The notes below the pieces were generated by a model. The model searched no databases and had not been told where the DNA came from. It saw only the letters and a program-made list of their open reading frames with translations. Made by a program: the position numbers and the translations under genes. DNA of 64,000 bases from the NCBI GenBank assembly GCA_913031145.1, contig CAJWCO010000010.1:5025-69024 (forward strand), read 5' to 3'. Positions 1 to 10,045 of this stretch are shown here, in pieces; position 1 is the first letter of the stretch, and each line of letters opens with the position of its first letter. The DNA is from an uncultured Cellvibrionales bacterium. GTDB taxonomy: Bacteria; Pseudomonadota; Gammaproteobacteria; Pseudomonadales; Porticoccaceae.

Positions 1-725
1 GACGACAGCGGAATGTATATTTGGTTGTCCTCCTCGGCATCGATTTGGATGGAAATGGTTGCCATTTTTGCAACTGGAGAGCCCATGGGCGAGAGTGCGA
101 TGACAACACCACCGGACTGTTGGGCTAATTCCATTGAATCCAATAACGCCCGGCTGCGTCCTGACTGAGAGATAGCAATGACCACATCGCCTGACCTAAG
201 GCTTGTTGCCGACATGTTTTGTAAGTGCGGATCAGCATAGGCTGCCGAGGTAATTTGTAACCGAAAGAACTTGTGCTGTGCATCAAAAGCTACGGCTGCC
301 GATGCGCCAAAACCGTAAAATTCCACGCGCTGTGCTGCGTAAATCGCATTGACAGCTGCCTCTAAAGTTTCTAGCACCAGATTGTCTCGTACCTTCAATA
401 AAGTATCCACGCTAGAGTCGAATATTTTATGGGTATATTCACGCGTTGAGTCGTGCTCGGTGACCGCTATTTGACCATAGCTTGGGCTGGCAGCCAGTTG
501 TTGCGCTAAGGCCATCTTGAAGTCTTGAAAGCCGCTGCACCCGACCGCTCGACAAAAACGTACCACCGTGGGTTCACTGACCGTTGCTTTTTGTGCCAAA
601 TCGACAATGCGCATGTGGATGACGAGGAGCGGATCTTTGAGCACAAAGTCGGCAACTTTGCGCTCCGACCTGCGCAAATTAGGGAGTGCATCGCTAATAT
701 CTTGTGTCAGTCGAGCAGGCTTCAT
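1..725 (-). CDS. hexR: RpiR/HexR-family transcriptional regulator (HTH + SIS domain); C-terminal end lies beyond the window
   Basis: Absent from the ORF track because it is open at the window edge. My translation from ATG 725..723 reads MKPARLTQDISDALPNLRRSERKVADFVLKDPLLVIHMRIVDLAQKATVSEPTVVRFCRAVGCSGFQDFKMALAQQLA..., followed by SIS-like GFGASAAVA...GDVVIAISQSGRS. No stop occurs down to position 1. Confidence 0.8.
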   Translation of the reverse strand, partial: MKPARLTQDISDALPNLRRSERKVADFVLKDPLLVIHMRIVDLAQKATVSEPTVVRFCRAVGCSGFQDFKMALAQQLAASPSYGQIAVTEHDSTREYTHKIFDSSVDTLLKVRDNLVLETLEAAVNAIYAAQRVEFYGFGASAAVAFDAQHKFFRLQITSAAYADPHLQNMSATSLRSGDVVIAISQSGRSRALLDSMELAQQSGGVVIALSPMGSPVAKMATISIQIDAEEDNQIYIPLS

Positions 726-745
726 AGTCGCGTAGAGTAGCCGTC

Positions 746-762
746 TTGTAAAAAAATTACAA
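746..762. promoter_or_regulatory. Candidate HexR operator (TTGTAAAAAAATTACAA, perfect TTGTAA-N5-TTACAA palindrome)
   Basis: The palindrome lies 21 nt upstream of the hexR ATG in the hexR/uvrD divergent spacer. It resembles the HexR consensus as I remember it (TGTAAT-www-ATTACA). Confidence 0.4.
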
Positions 763-904
763 TAAGCGCATTATTGCCTTGTTTTTGTAGTAGCAAGCCA
801 TTTATTCTTATTTTTTTGGTTCTGACTGTTCGGTCCGTCCGTTTTACGCATCACAGCTGTGCGTGTAGAACCATGTTATTCCTAAATTGTTCGACTAAGG
901 GTTT

Positions 905-3064
905 ATGGACGTTACTTCGATTCTCGATCAACTTAATGTGGCGCAGCAGGAAGCAGTCACCAGCGACCGCCGATCTGTTTTGGTTTTGGCAGGTGCTGGT
1001 AGCGGAAAAACGCGGGTTCTTGTGCACCGCATTGCATGGAAGATTCAAGTTGATAGCATCTCTCCTTACGCAATTCTGGCGGTCACTTTCACCAATAAGT
1101 CTTCGCGTGAGATGCGCGAACGTATTGATCAGCTCCTCGGTATGTCGCTGCGTGGTATGTGGGTTGGAACGTTTCATGGTTTAGCACACCGTCTTTTAAA
1201 AGCCCATTGGCGTGAAGCCGGGTTACGCGAAAACTTCCAAATCTTAGATTCTGACGATCAACTACGCTTAGTCAAACGGCTCATGAAGACGCTTGATTTA
1301 GATGAAGCGCGTTGGCCGCCTCGGCAGGCTCAATGGTGGATTAATAACCAAAAAGACGAGGGTTTGCGCGCCGCGCATATTCAAGAGACGGGTGACCTCC
1401 AACTTACGACGATGTTACGCATTTACCGAGAATATGAAGCTAATTGCGCCCAACTTGGCGTGATTGATTTTGCCGAGCTTTTGTTACGTGCTTTAGATTT
1501 GTGGCGTCAGTACGCAGACATTCTGGATCATTACCAAGCGCGCTTTAAGCACATTTTAGTTGACGAATTTCAGGATACAAACGCCGTGCAATACGCATGG
1601 TTGCGGCTTCTCGCGGGTAACAAGTGCCAAGTTACCGCGGTGGGTGACGATGATCAATCAATTTACGGATGGCGTGGTGCCAAAGTTGAAAATATTCTCA
1701 GTTATGAGCGTGATTTTGAGGCAACTCACGTAATTCGACTTGAGCAAAATTATCGTTCTACCTCCAATATTTTATGCGCTGCGAACGCGGTTATCGAAAA
1801 AAATTCGGAGCGCTTAGGGAAAAAGTTATGGACTGAAGCAGGGGAAGGCGAGCCCATCGCGTTGTATGCCGCATTTAATGAGCACGACGAGGCACGTTAT
1901 ATTGCTGATCGTTTACATCAGTGGGTAAGCGAGGGTCAGCGGCGTGATGCAGCAGCAATACTCTATCGGTCCAACGCGCAATCGCGGGTTCTTGAGGCTG
2001 CTCTGTTGCAGGCAGACATCCCCTATCGGATCTACGGAGGCCAGCGATTTTATGAGCGGTTAGAAATAAAAAATGCGTTGGCTTATCTTCGAGTGATGCT
2101 CAATGTCAACGATGATACGGCGTTCGAGCGCGTCGTTAACATACCGCCACGTGGAATTGGCGAGCGCACTATCGATGCGATTCGACAACATGCGCGCCAG
2201 TCGGAAACCTCACTATGGGCGGCTTCAGAGGCCATTGTAAGCTCGCAGTCCATGGCGGGTCGGGCTAGAAACGCATTGGCCAGCTTTTTGCAGTTGATTA
2301 ATAAGATGTCTCAAGGTTTGGAGTCTACAACTTTGATCGAGCAAGCAGAGACTGCCATTCAGCAGAGCGGCCTTATCGAACTTTATCGTCGCGAAAAGGG
2401 CGAACGGGGGCGAGCGCGTATCGAAAACTTAGAGGAGCTTGTTGCGGCATGTAGCAATTTTCAGGCGGAAGTTTCGGATGAGCCTGCGTTGCCGCAATTC
2501 CTCGATCAAGTTGCTTTGGACGCCGGTGACCGTCAGGCTGGGGAAGATCAAGATGCCGTGCAGTTAATGACATTACACAGTGCCAAAGGCCTTGAGTTTC
2601 CGCTGGTTTTTATTGCGGGGGTGGAAGAAAATCTGTTCCCGCACAAAATGTCACTCGATGAGCCTGGGCGACTCGAGGAAGAACGGCGTCTGGCGTATGT
2701 AGGTATCACGCGAGCAATGCAAAAACTGTATTTGACCTTTGCCGAGTGCCGAACGATTTACGGGAGTGAATCGTATAATTCGATTTCGCGTTTTGTGCGA
2801 GATATCCCGAGTGAGGTTATCGAAGAGGTCCGTATTCATAATACGGTCGCGCGACCCACTAGCTACGCTAAATCGACAATGCACTCGGACACTGGCGAGG
2901 CGACCGGTTTTGGGTTGGGACAGCAGATCCGACATCCGATATATGGAGAGGGCGTTATCCTCAACTTCGAGGGCATTGGGCCGCGGGCTCGTGTGCACGT
3001 TCAGTTTGAGCAGGTCGGTATCAAAATATTAATACTTGCTTCGGCAAAATTGACTGCGGCATAA
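905..3064 (+). CDS. uvrD: DNA helicase II (UvrD)
   Basis: 719 aa. N-terminus MDVTSILDQLNVAQQEAV, Walker A AGAGSGKTRV, and SF1 motifs DEFQDTN, QNYRS and VGITRA. E. coli UvrD is 720 aa. Confidence 0.95.
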   Translation: MDVTSILDQLNVAQQEAVTSDRRSVLVLAGAGSGKTRVLVHRIAWKIQVDSISPYAILAVTFTNKSSREMRERIDQLLGMSLRGMWVGTFHGLAHRLLKAHWREAGLRENFQILDSDDQLRLVKRLMKTLDLDEARWPPRQAQWWINNQKDEGLRAAHIQETGDLQLTTMLRIYREYEANCAQLGVIDFAELLLRALDLWRQYADILDHYQARFKHILVDEFQDTNAVQYAWLRLLAGNKCQVTAVGDDDQSIYGWRGAKVENILSYERDFEATHVIRLEQNYRSTSNILCAANAVIEKNSERLGKKLWTEAGEGEPIALYAAFNEHDEARYIADRLHQWVSEGQRRDAAAILYRSNAQSRVLEAALLQADIPYRIYGGQRFYERLEIKNALAYLRVMLNVNDDTAFERVVNIPPRGIGERTIDAIRQHARQSETSLWAASEAIVSSQSMAGRARNALASFLQLINKMSQGLESTTLIEQAETAIQQSGLIELYRREKGERGRARIENLEELVAACSNFQAEVSDEPALPQFLDQVALDAGDRQAGEDQDAVQLMTLHSAKGLEFPLVFIAGVEENLFPHKMSLDEPGRLEEERRLAYVGITRAMQKLYLTFAECRTIYGSESYNSISRFVRDIPSEVIEEVRIHNTVARPTSYAKSTMHSDTGEATGFGLGQQIRHPIYGEGVILNFEGIGPRARVHVQFEQVGIKILILASAKLTAA

Positions 3065-3124
3065 AGCCGTGTGACGGTAGTGTGGTTGTAAACATATCGA
3101 ATTGATATTAGAGAGGAGTTATCT

Positions 3125-4216
3125 ATGCGATACGTAATTATTTTTGCGCTGTTTGGGCTGCTGTATGGTTGTGCCGGCGAGGTCGACAAACCACGTGTGG
3201 CGAGTCAGGAAGTCGAGCAGACCTTTAAATGGAAACTCATGACTACTTGGCCGAAAAATTATCCCGGTTTGGGAACGGCACCAGAAACCTTCGCTAAGCT
3301 TGTCGAACGGATGAGTGCCGGCCGTTTGTCAGTGAGTGTTTTTGGCGCGGGACAACTAGTGCCCGCCTTTGAGGTCTTTGATGCTGTTTCACAGGGAACC
3401 GCGGAGATGGGCCATGGCGCAGCTTATTATTGGACGGGTAAAATCAAGGGAGCAGTTTTTTTCACGGCGGTTCCGTTTGGCCTGAACGCGCAAGAGATGA
3501 ACGGTTGGCTGCATCACGGTGGTGGATTGGAATTATGGCGCGAACTCTACGCGCCGTTTAATCTAATTCCGTTTGCCGGCGGCAATACGGGCGTTCAAAT
3601 GGCCGGGTGGTACAACCGAGAAATCAACAGTATGGCAGACATAAAGGGTTTAAAAATGCGCATACCCGGCATCGGCGGTGAGGTGATTACCCGAGCGGGT
3701 GGAACCTCCGTCACAATGCCAGGGGGTGACTTGTATACCTCAATGCAGACGGGAGTGATCGATGCTACGGAGTGGGTGGGCCCCTATAACGATTTGGCCT
3801 TTGGTTTTCATCAGGTTGCCAAGTATTACTATTATCCTGGATGGCATGAACCGGGTGCTATGTTGGAATTGGTCGTGAACGCCGACGCTTACGCTAGTCT
3901 ACCAGACGATCTGAAGGCGATTGTCGAGGTCGCAGCACGTGCGGTCAACCAAGATGTTTTGGACGAATACACCTCGAGAAATAACCAGGCCCTAATTGAT
4001 TTGGTGGATCAACATGGGGTTGAGCTGCGCAAACTACCCAATGAAGTGTTGGCTGAGCTCGAGCGTTTATCTGCTGAAGTCCTCGACGAGTTGGCGGCCG
4101 AAAACGAACTAACCCAGCGGATTTCCGCTTCGATAAAAACATTTAAAGAAAATGCTATGGCTTATCATGCCATATCTGAAGAAGCCTACTACGATGCCCG
4201 TCGAGTGAATAAGTGA
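3125..4216 (+). CDS. TRAP transporter solute-binding protein (DctP/TakP-like), probable lipoprotein/secreted
   Basis: 363 aa. Signal peptide ends in LLYGC. The sequence is DctP-family throughout (WPKNYPGLG, AVPFG, GLKMRIPG). No dctQ/dctM is adjacent. Confidence 0.8.
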   Translation: MRYVIIFALFGLLYGCAGEVDKPRVASQEVEQTFKWKLMTTWPKNYPGLGTAPETFAKLVERMSAGRLSVSVFGAGQLVPAFEVFDAVSQGTAEMGHGAAYYWTGKIKGAVFFTAVPFGLNAQEMNGWLHHGGGLELWRELYAPFNLIPFAGGNTGVQMAGWYNREINSMADIKGLKMRIPGIGGEVITRAGGTSVTMPGGDLYTSMQTGVIDATEWVGPYNDLAFGFHQVAKYYYYPGWHEPGAMLELVVNADAYASLPDDLKAIVEVAARAVNQDVLDEYTSRNNQALIDLVDQHGVELRKLPNEVLAELERLSAEVLDELAAENELTQRISASIKTFKENAMAYHAISEEAYYDARRVNK

Positions 4217-4242
4217 CGGGCTAACGGTGTGTGATGACGAAT

Positions 4243-5691
4243 TTAGCGACGCCAAAAAGTTGGAGAAAACAGCACTAGCAGAGTAAATATTTCCAGTCGA
4301 CCCAGTAGCATTCCCCAGCAAAGTACCCACTTGGCAAAGGTGTTTAGTTGCGCGTAATTTTCGGCGACTGCGCCTAAACCTGGGCCTAAATTGTTTAATG
4401 CTGCCGCCGTGGCCGACCATGCTGTAACGTAGTCGAGACCACTTGCAAGCAGCAACAATACCATCAGGTAAAAAACGGCTAAATAAACACCGAAGAATGC
4501 CCAAATAGCATCTGCAACTCGATCAGGCACTTTGCGCTTGTTTATCTTGATGGGCAAAACCGCATTAGGGTGCACCAACTGATAGATCTCGCGCAGGCCT
4601 TGTTGCCACAAAATCAGCATTCGACCTATTTTTATGCCGCCGCCAGTGGAGCCCGCACAGGCTCCGAAAAAGGATAAAAACAGTAAAAAGAAGGGCAAAA
4701 ATGTCGGCCAATTATGAAAATCTGCCGTCGCAAACCCTGTTGTTGTCATGATTGAAACTAACTGGAAGGTGCCTTGCCCAAGGCTGGTCTGCCAATCATA
4801 AGTGCCACTGTAGTAAAGATATAGGCAGGTAATAACAGCGCCAATACCGAGTATTCTGAGATACATCCTGGCCTCGGGGTCTTTCCAGTAAAAAGACAGA
4901 TCTCGGTCATGCCATACCGCGTAGTGCAGTGCGAAGTTGATCCCCGACACCACCATAAAAAAAGTGCAAATCCCCATGATAGCGCCGCTATTAAAAAAGC
5001 CTATACTTGCATCGTGCGTGGAGAACCCGCCGATCGCGACCGTTGAAAAGCTATGCGCTATCGCATCAAAAAGTGACATGCCTGCCCACCAATAGGCCAG
5101 CGCGCAGGCTGCGGTTAGGAAGACATAAATTCTAAACAGGACATTTGCCGTCTCCCTGATACGAGGTGTTATCTTTGTGTCCTTCATGGGGCCGGGTGTT
5201 TCCGCTCGGTATATTTGCATACCACCGACGCCCAGCATGGGTAGGATCGCCACGGCAATTACCACGATGCCAATACCGCCAAGCCACTGTAGTTGCTGTC
5301 GATAATAAAGAATTGATTTCGGCAGATTATCCAAACCCGAGATAACCGTTGCCCCGGTTGTTGTCAGACCCGAAATTGACTCGAACAGGGCATCAATAAA
5401 TGATAGGTGTAAGGCGTCTGATAGCATGAAAGGCAGGGTGCCGAAGGTGCTGAGAACTAGCCAGAAAAAAACCGTCACTACAAATCCGTCGCGCGTCCGA
5501 AGTTCTCCTGTGCTTCGTCGCATGGGCAACCAAAAACATAAGCCAACTAATAAAGTAATAGAAAAGGCCAACAGAAACATTCTCGCTGTTGTTTCCGCAT
5601 ACCAGACGGCGACTGCCACTGGCGGCAGCATAGTGAGGCTGAACACGATCAGTAACAGTCCTAAGACCCGTGCGGTAATTGCAGCGTGCAT
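4243..5691 (-). CDS. trkH: Trk-system K+ uptake protein TrkH
   Basis: 482-aa polytopic membrane protein. N-terminus MHAAITARVLGLLLIVFSLTM resembles E. coli TrkH. It sits directly downstream of trkA. Confidence 0.92.
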   Translation of the reverse strand: MHAAITARVLGLLLIVFSLTMLPPVAVAVWYAETTARMFLLAFSITLLVGLCFWLPMRRSTGELRTRDGFVVTVFFWLVLSTFGTLPFMLSDALHLSFIDALFESISGLTTTGATVISGLDNLPKSILYYRQQLQWLGGIGIVVIAVAILPMLGVGGMQIYRAETPGPMKDTKITPRIRETANVLFRIYVFLTAACALAYWWAGMSLFDAIAHSFSTVAIGGFSTHDASIGFFNSGAIMGICTFFMVVSGINFALHYAVWHDRDLSFYWKDPEARMYLRILGIGAVITCLYLYYSGTYDWQTSLGQGTFQLVSIMTTTGFATADFHNWPTFLPFFLLFLSFFGACAGSTGGGIKIGRMLILWQQGLREIYQLVHPNAVLPIKINKRKVPDRVADAIWAFFGVYLAVFYLMVLLLLASGLDYVTAWSATAAALNNLGPGLGAVAENYAQLNTFAKWVLCWGMLLGRLEIFTLLVLFSPTFWRR

Positions 5692-5700
5692 ACTCGCCTC

Positions 5701-7083
5701 TTAAAAAAAGGTGAACCCAACGGTAAAGAGTTTTTCCACAGCGCGAGTGTTCGCTTTGTCCACGACGAACACTATGACGTGGTCACCACTTTTGATCACC
5801 GTGTGGCGGTGCGCAATATGGACCTCACCGTCGCGTACTAGAGCGGCGAGCGTGGCACCGGGCGGTGATGGAATGTCTTCTATTTTACGGCCGACTACCT
5901 TAGAGCTTTTTTCATCACCGTGAACGACGATTTCTAGTGCTTCAGCGGCCCCTCGTCGAAGCGAGTGCACACTTACAGTATCTGCTCTGCGAACATGTGC
6001 CAACAATGAGCTGGTGGTAGCTTGCTGAGGCGAGATAGCAATGTCGATGTCACCACCTTGCATGAGGTCAGCATAAACTGGATTACTAATCAGCGTCATG
6101 ACTTTTCGCGTCCCTAATTTTTTGGCGAGTAACGAGGCCATGATATTGACTTCATCGTCGTTAGTGAGCGCTAAAAATACATCAGCTTTGTCGATATTTT
6201 CGTCTAGTAGTAGTTCTTGATCAGTGGCAGATCCGTTGAGTACAACGGCTCTATCAAGTTTTTCAGAGAGGAATTCACAGCGGGCTTTAGAGGACTCTAT
6301 GATCTTCAGATTGTAGCTGCCCTCCAGTGCTCTCGAAAGGCGGAACCCAATGTTTCCACCCCCAGCAATAATAAGGCGCTGATAAGGCTTTTCTAATTTG
6401 CGTAATTCGCTCATCACTTCTCTGATGTTATTTTTCGCAGCAATAAAAAAGACTTCGTCACCGTCTTCTATAACGGTTTGTCCAGTTGGAAAGAGTGCTC
6501 GATCGCGACGATAAATGGCGGCGACTCGAGCATCAACGTTGGGTATATGGGCTTTGAGTGTTTGCAACTCTTGCCCGACGAGCGGGCTGTTCTTTGCGGC
6601 TCGTAAACCAACTAATTGAATCACTCCATCGGCAAAATCAAGCACCTGAAGCGCCCCGGGTTGCGCTACGAGTTTGGATATGTAGTCCGTCACGACTTGT
6701 TCTGGCGTGATCATGACGTCTACGGGCATGTGTTTGTCGTTAAAAAGTTTGTCGTAATATTTCGGATTACTGTAACTATAGGCTCGGATGCGGGCTATTT
6801 TTGTTGGTGTGTGAAAGAGCGAATAGGCAACTTGACAGGCGATAATGTTCACTTCGTCGCTATTTGTGACTGCGACCAGCATATCAGCGTCTTCGATACC
6901 TGCACGTACAAGCACATCGGGGTGACTTCCGAGGCCAGCTACGGTCCTAATATCGAGGCGATCTTGCAATAAACGCAAGGCCTTGCCGTCAATGTCGATG
7001 ACAGTAATATCGTTGTATTCTCGGGCCAGATTTTCTGCCAGTGTTCCGCCTACCTGACCCGCCCCGATGATGATTATCTTCAT
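5701..7083 (-). CDS. trkA: Trk-system K+ uptake protein TrkA
   Basis: Track ORF 5701..7140 was trimmed to the internal ATG, giving MKIIIIGAGQVGGTLAENL (the E. coli TrkA N-terminus). It has two GxGxxG Rossmann/RCK repeats and is about 460 aa. Confidence 0.93.
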   Translation of the reverse strand: MKIIIIGAGQVGGTLAENLAREYNDITVIDIDGKALRLLQDRLDIRTVAGLGSHPDVLVRAGIEDADMLVAVTNSDEVNIIACQVAYSLFHTPTKIARIRAYSYSNPKYYDKLFNDKHMPVDVMITPEQVVTDYISKLVAQPGALQVLDFADGVIQLVGLRAAKNSPLVGQELQTLKAHIPNVDARVAAIYRRDRALFPTGQTVIEDGDEVFFIAAKNNIREVMSELRKLEKPYQRLIIAGGGNIGFRLSRALEGSYNLKIIESSKARCEFLSEKLDRAVVLNGSATDQELLLDENIDKADVFLALTNDDEVNIMASLLAKKLGTRKVMTLISNPVYADLMQGGDIDIAISPQQATTSSLLAHVRRADTVSVHSLRRGAAEALEIVVHGDEKSSKVVGRKIEDIPSPPGATLAALVRDGEVHIAHRHTVIKSGDHVIVFVVDKANTRAVEKLFTVGFTFF

Positions 7084-7099
7084 TTTGCACTCTCGTTTG

Positions 7100-8401
7100 T
7101 TACAGCGGCCCCTTTTGCAGGCGCGCATAATAAAATCCATCCTGCGCGTTTACGGTGGGCAATAGTTGCCGTCCAAATCTCGTTTCTGAACCCCAATCTG
7201 CCTCTATGCGATGTATCAATCCATTTTCGTGATCGTTCAGAAAACCCTCAATGACCTCGTCATTCTCCCTCGGTAAGACCGAACAAGTGGCGTATAGCAA
7301 AATACCGCCCTCTTTCAAAGCAGGCCACAGGTTTTTTATCAGCCTGCTCTGCGCCAGCGCTAGCTTATCAATATCCTCAGGCTTGCGCAGTAATTTGATG
7401 TCTGGATGTCGCCTTATCACCCCCGTTGCTGAGCAGGGTGCATCGAGTAAGATTCGATCAAACAAATTACCATCCCACCAGTCTTCGAGTAGGGCGGCAT
7501 CAGCTAATCGCAGATCAACATCTATCCCCAAGCGGGTCAGCGTATCACGCACTCGTGACAAGCGCCTTGCGTCGTTATCCAGCGCGACTAGCGAGCCAAT
7601 ATCGGGTTGCATTTCTTTAATGTGAGCCGTCTTTCCACCGGGCGCACTGCAGGCGTCTAAGACCCTATGATCCTTATTAAGCAAAAGTAAATTTGCCGCT
7701 AATTGGGCGGCCTCGTCTTGGACGCTACAGTCGCCCTGTGCAAACCCGGGCAGTTGGTTCACATCGACCGGCTCGTGTAATTGAATGCCTTGTAGGCTAT
7801 GTGAAGTCGTCGAAGCAACAATTCCAGCAAGGTTTAAGCGGCCCAAATAGTCGGCTACAGAGCCGTGGAGCGTGTTGACGCGCAATGTCATGGGCGCGCG
7901 CGCGTTATTTGCATTCACAAGGTCCTCAAGTGGCACGTCTTGCGACACATGACCCAACGCTTTTAGTAACCAAGCCGGATGTGCTGAAGAAAATGTTGGG
8001 TGCGTTGCTAGCTTGGCGTCGAGCGTTTCTCTTTGGCGCAAAAAATTTCGCATCACTGCGTTGACCACCGCTTTAGCCCACGGGCGTTTTAGGTGTTTTG
8101 TGGCGGCCACTGTTTCATTGACGATCGCATGGTCCGCGTTGCGGTGATAGACCAATTGATAGAGCCCTATGGCGAGCAAAGCATGCACTTCTATATCCTT
8201 CGATCGAAGTGGTTTGGCAAGTAATGCGCGCAAGTAGAGCTCGATTTTTGGGTAGTACCGTAGGCTTCCGAAACATAGATCTTTTAAAATGGCGTGCTGG
8301 TTGGATTCGCAACGCGCAACCGCGGGCGGCAGGACAGCCGAAAGTGATTGTCCTTGCAATACGCTGGCAAGCACTTGTGCTGCTAAGGCTCTAGGAGTCA
8401 A
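7100..8401 (-). CDS. rsmB: 16S rRNA (cytosine967-C5)-methyltransferase RsmB
   Basis: 433 aa. NusB-like N-domain plus SAM-MTase motifs (DACSAPGGKT, DAPCSATG). TTG start. Conserved fmt-rsmB-trkA order. Confidence 0.9.
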   Translation of the reverse strand: MTPRALAAQVLASVLQGQSLSAVLPPAVARCESNQHAILKDLCFGSLRYYPKIELYLRALLAKPLRSKDIEVHALLAIGLYQLVYHRNADHAIVNETVAATKHLKRPWAKAVVNAVMRNFLRQRETLDAKLATHPTFSSAHPAWLLKALGHVSQDVPLEDLVNANNARAPMTLRVNTLHGSVADYLGRLNLAGIVASTTSHSLQGIQLHEPVDVNQLPGFAQGDCSVQDEAAQLAANLLLLNKDHRVLDACSAPGGKTAHIKEMQPDIGSLVALDNDARRLSRVRDTLTRLGIDVDLRLADAALLEDWWDGNLFDRILLDAPCSATGVIRRHPDIKLLRKPEDIDKLALAQSRLIKNLWPALKEGGILLYATCSVLPRENDEVIEGFLNDHENGLIHRIEADWGSETRFGRQLLPTVNAQDGFYYARLQKGPL

Positions 8402-8404
8402 AAA

Positions 8405-9343
8405 TTATGTTCCAAAACGGCTTCCTGGTGCAAAAAACGCTGCTCGTGAATGGAGGATCTGTGCGACTTCTAATCGCGCTTTTCCGGGAAGTTGCATTTC
8501 TTCAATCAGTAACCTGTTGTTGCCGCAGGCGACTTCTAAACCATCTTTATTAGCAACTAAAATCTCACCGTATGGGTGTTGGCAGGCACTGTCTAGCGCA
8601 CGCCCCCGCCAGATTTTGATACGTTCGCCCGAGAGCATTGAGTAGGTTACGGGCGCCGGATTAAATGCGCGTATTCTTTGCGCGAGTACGTTAGCACTTT
8701 GCGACCAATCAAGTAGCGCTTCCAGTTTAGTGATTTTAGGGGCATAACTACTTTGCGAAGAGTCTTGCGCTATTTTTGAACCCTGGCCTGATTGGATTTG
8801 ATCGAGGGTCGTTAAAAGACTAGGCCCGCCGAGTTCAGCCAGCTTGCTTAAAAGATCTGCCGAGCAATCTTTGGGTTCGATGGGACACAGCGCCTGCGTC
8901 AATATATCTCCTGTATCTAGCCCCTCGTCCATTTGCATGATTGTGATGCCCGTGTGAGTTTCACCTGCTTCAATAGCACGTTGAATGGGCGCTGCGCCGC
9001 GCCATTTCGGCAATAGCGACGCATGGACGTTTAAACACCCGAAACGGGGTATTTCAAGGACTGATTTTGGCAAGATGAGGCCATACGCAACGACCACCAA
9101 GACATCTGCGCGCAACTCTCTCAACCGCGCTAGGCTTGATTTTTCCTTGAAGGACTCGGGTTGAAAGACCGGGATATCGTTTGCAGCGGCGAGGGTTTTA
9201 ACGGCGCTCACAAAAGGCTTTTTACCACGACCTGCCGGACGATCTGGCTGGGTAAAAACCGCGGCAATCGAATGCGTTGACTGCAAGAGCGCGCGAAGAT
9301 GCGCGGCTGCGAATTCAGGCGTACCTGCAAAGACTATATTCAA
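8405..9343 (-). CDS. fmt: Methionyl-tRNA formyltransferase
   Basis: 312 aa. Motifs IVFAGTPEFA and HASLLPKWRGAAPIQ. TTG is the only possible start between the def stop and the conserved N-terminus. Confidence 0.93.
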   Translation of the reverse strand: MNIVFAGTPEFAAAHLRALLQSTHSIAAVFTQPDRPAGRGKKPFVSAVKTLAAANDIPVFQPESFKEKSSLARLRELRADVLVVVAYGLILPKSVLEIPRFGCLNVHASLLPKWRGAAPIQRAIEAGETHTGITIMQMDEGLDTGDILTQALCPIEPKDCSADLLSKLAELGGPSLLTTLDQIQSGQGSKIAQDSSQSSYAPKITKLEALLDWSQSANVLAQRIRAFNPAPVTYSMLSGERIKIWRGRALDSACQHPYGEILVANKDGLEVACGNNRLLIEEMQLPGKARLEVAQILHSRAAFFAPGSRFGT

Positions 9344-9355
9344 CCGATGGACTAC

Positions 9356-9859
9356 CTATGCCCGTTCTTTTTTGAGCAGCTTACGGATGCGCTGCCGTTT
9401 AATAGACGATAAATAATCCACAAACAGCTTTCCGTCCAAGTGGTCGATCTCATGCTGTATGCACACCGCCATCAGCCCCGTTGCCTCTTCTTCAAACGGA
9501 GTGCCCTGTTGATCGAGCGCCGAGATTAAGACATGGCTCGGACGTTCAACAGTCTCAAAGGTGTTCGGTATGGACAGGCACCCTTCGTCGTAGGGAATGC
9601 ATGTTGCGTCGATAATTTTAATGCTTGGATTAATAAAAACACGCGGTTCGGACCCGTCTGCGGCGAGGTCCATGACGATCACACGCTCGTGCACGTTGAC
9701 TTGGGTCGCGGCTAATCCGATCCCGTTCGCATCCCACATAGTGTCAAACATATCCGCGATCAATTGTTGTGTTCGATCGGTCACATTGTCAACGCACGCT
9801 GCTTTCAGTCTGAGGCGTGGATCGGGGTACTTCAAAATGCTCATTATAGCCATAGTCAC
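9356..9859 (-). CDS. def: Peptide deformylase
   Basis: 167 aa. Motifs [13 protein letters not shown] and QHEIDH. The start could instead be one of the internal ATGs at 9853 or 9844. Confidence 0.94.
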   Translation of the reverse strand: MTMAIMSILKYPDPRLRLKAACVDNVTDRTQQLIADMFDTMWDANGIGLAATQVNVHERVIVMDLAADGSEPRVFINPSIKIIDATCIPYDEGCLSIPNTFETVERPSHVLISALDQQGTPFEEEATGLMAVCIQHEIDHLDGKLFVDYLSSIKRQRIRKLLKKERA

Positions 9860-10045
9860 CGCTACCGGGATTTCACCCGTTGTAAATTGAGTACGGCATC
9901 ACTGAGTTCAATGCGATTGCTTGATACCCTCTCTGCATGTTGTACACAAACCCAAACTGTGAATTATACACGATGAAGCCCATGGCGGGAGTTCTCGCGC
10001 TATAAAAGCGTCATCATTTAGCATGAAACCTCAACAGGCCAACTG

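Noticed and set aside
780-904. LexA (SOS) box upstream of uvrD
   Set aside because: I looked for CTGT-N8-ACAG. Only isolated CTGT and ACAG half-sites occur, at the wrong spacing.
774-1184. 136-aa and 108-aa ORFs overlapping the hexR-uvrD spacer and the uvrD 5' end
   Set aside because: They overlap the strongly supported uvrD frame. Their sequences are Cys/Phe/Arg-rich with no motifs. The start of the TTG-initiated ORF lies in a T-rich promoter-like region.
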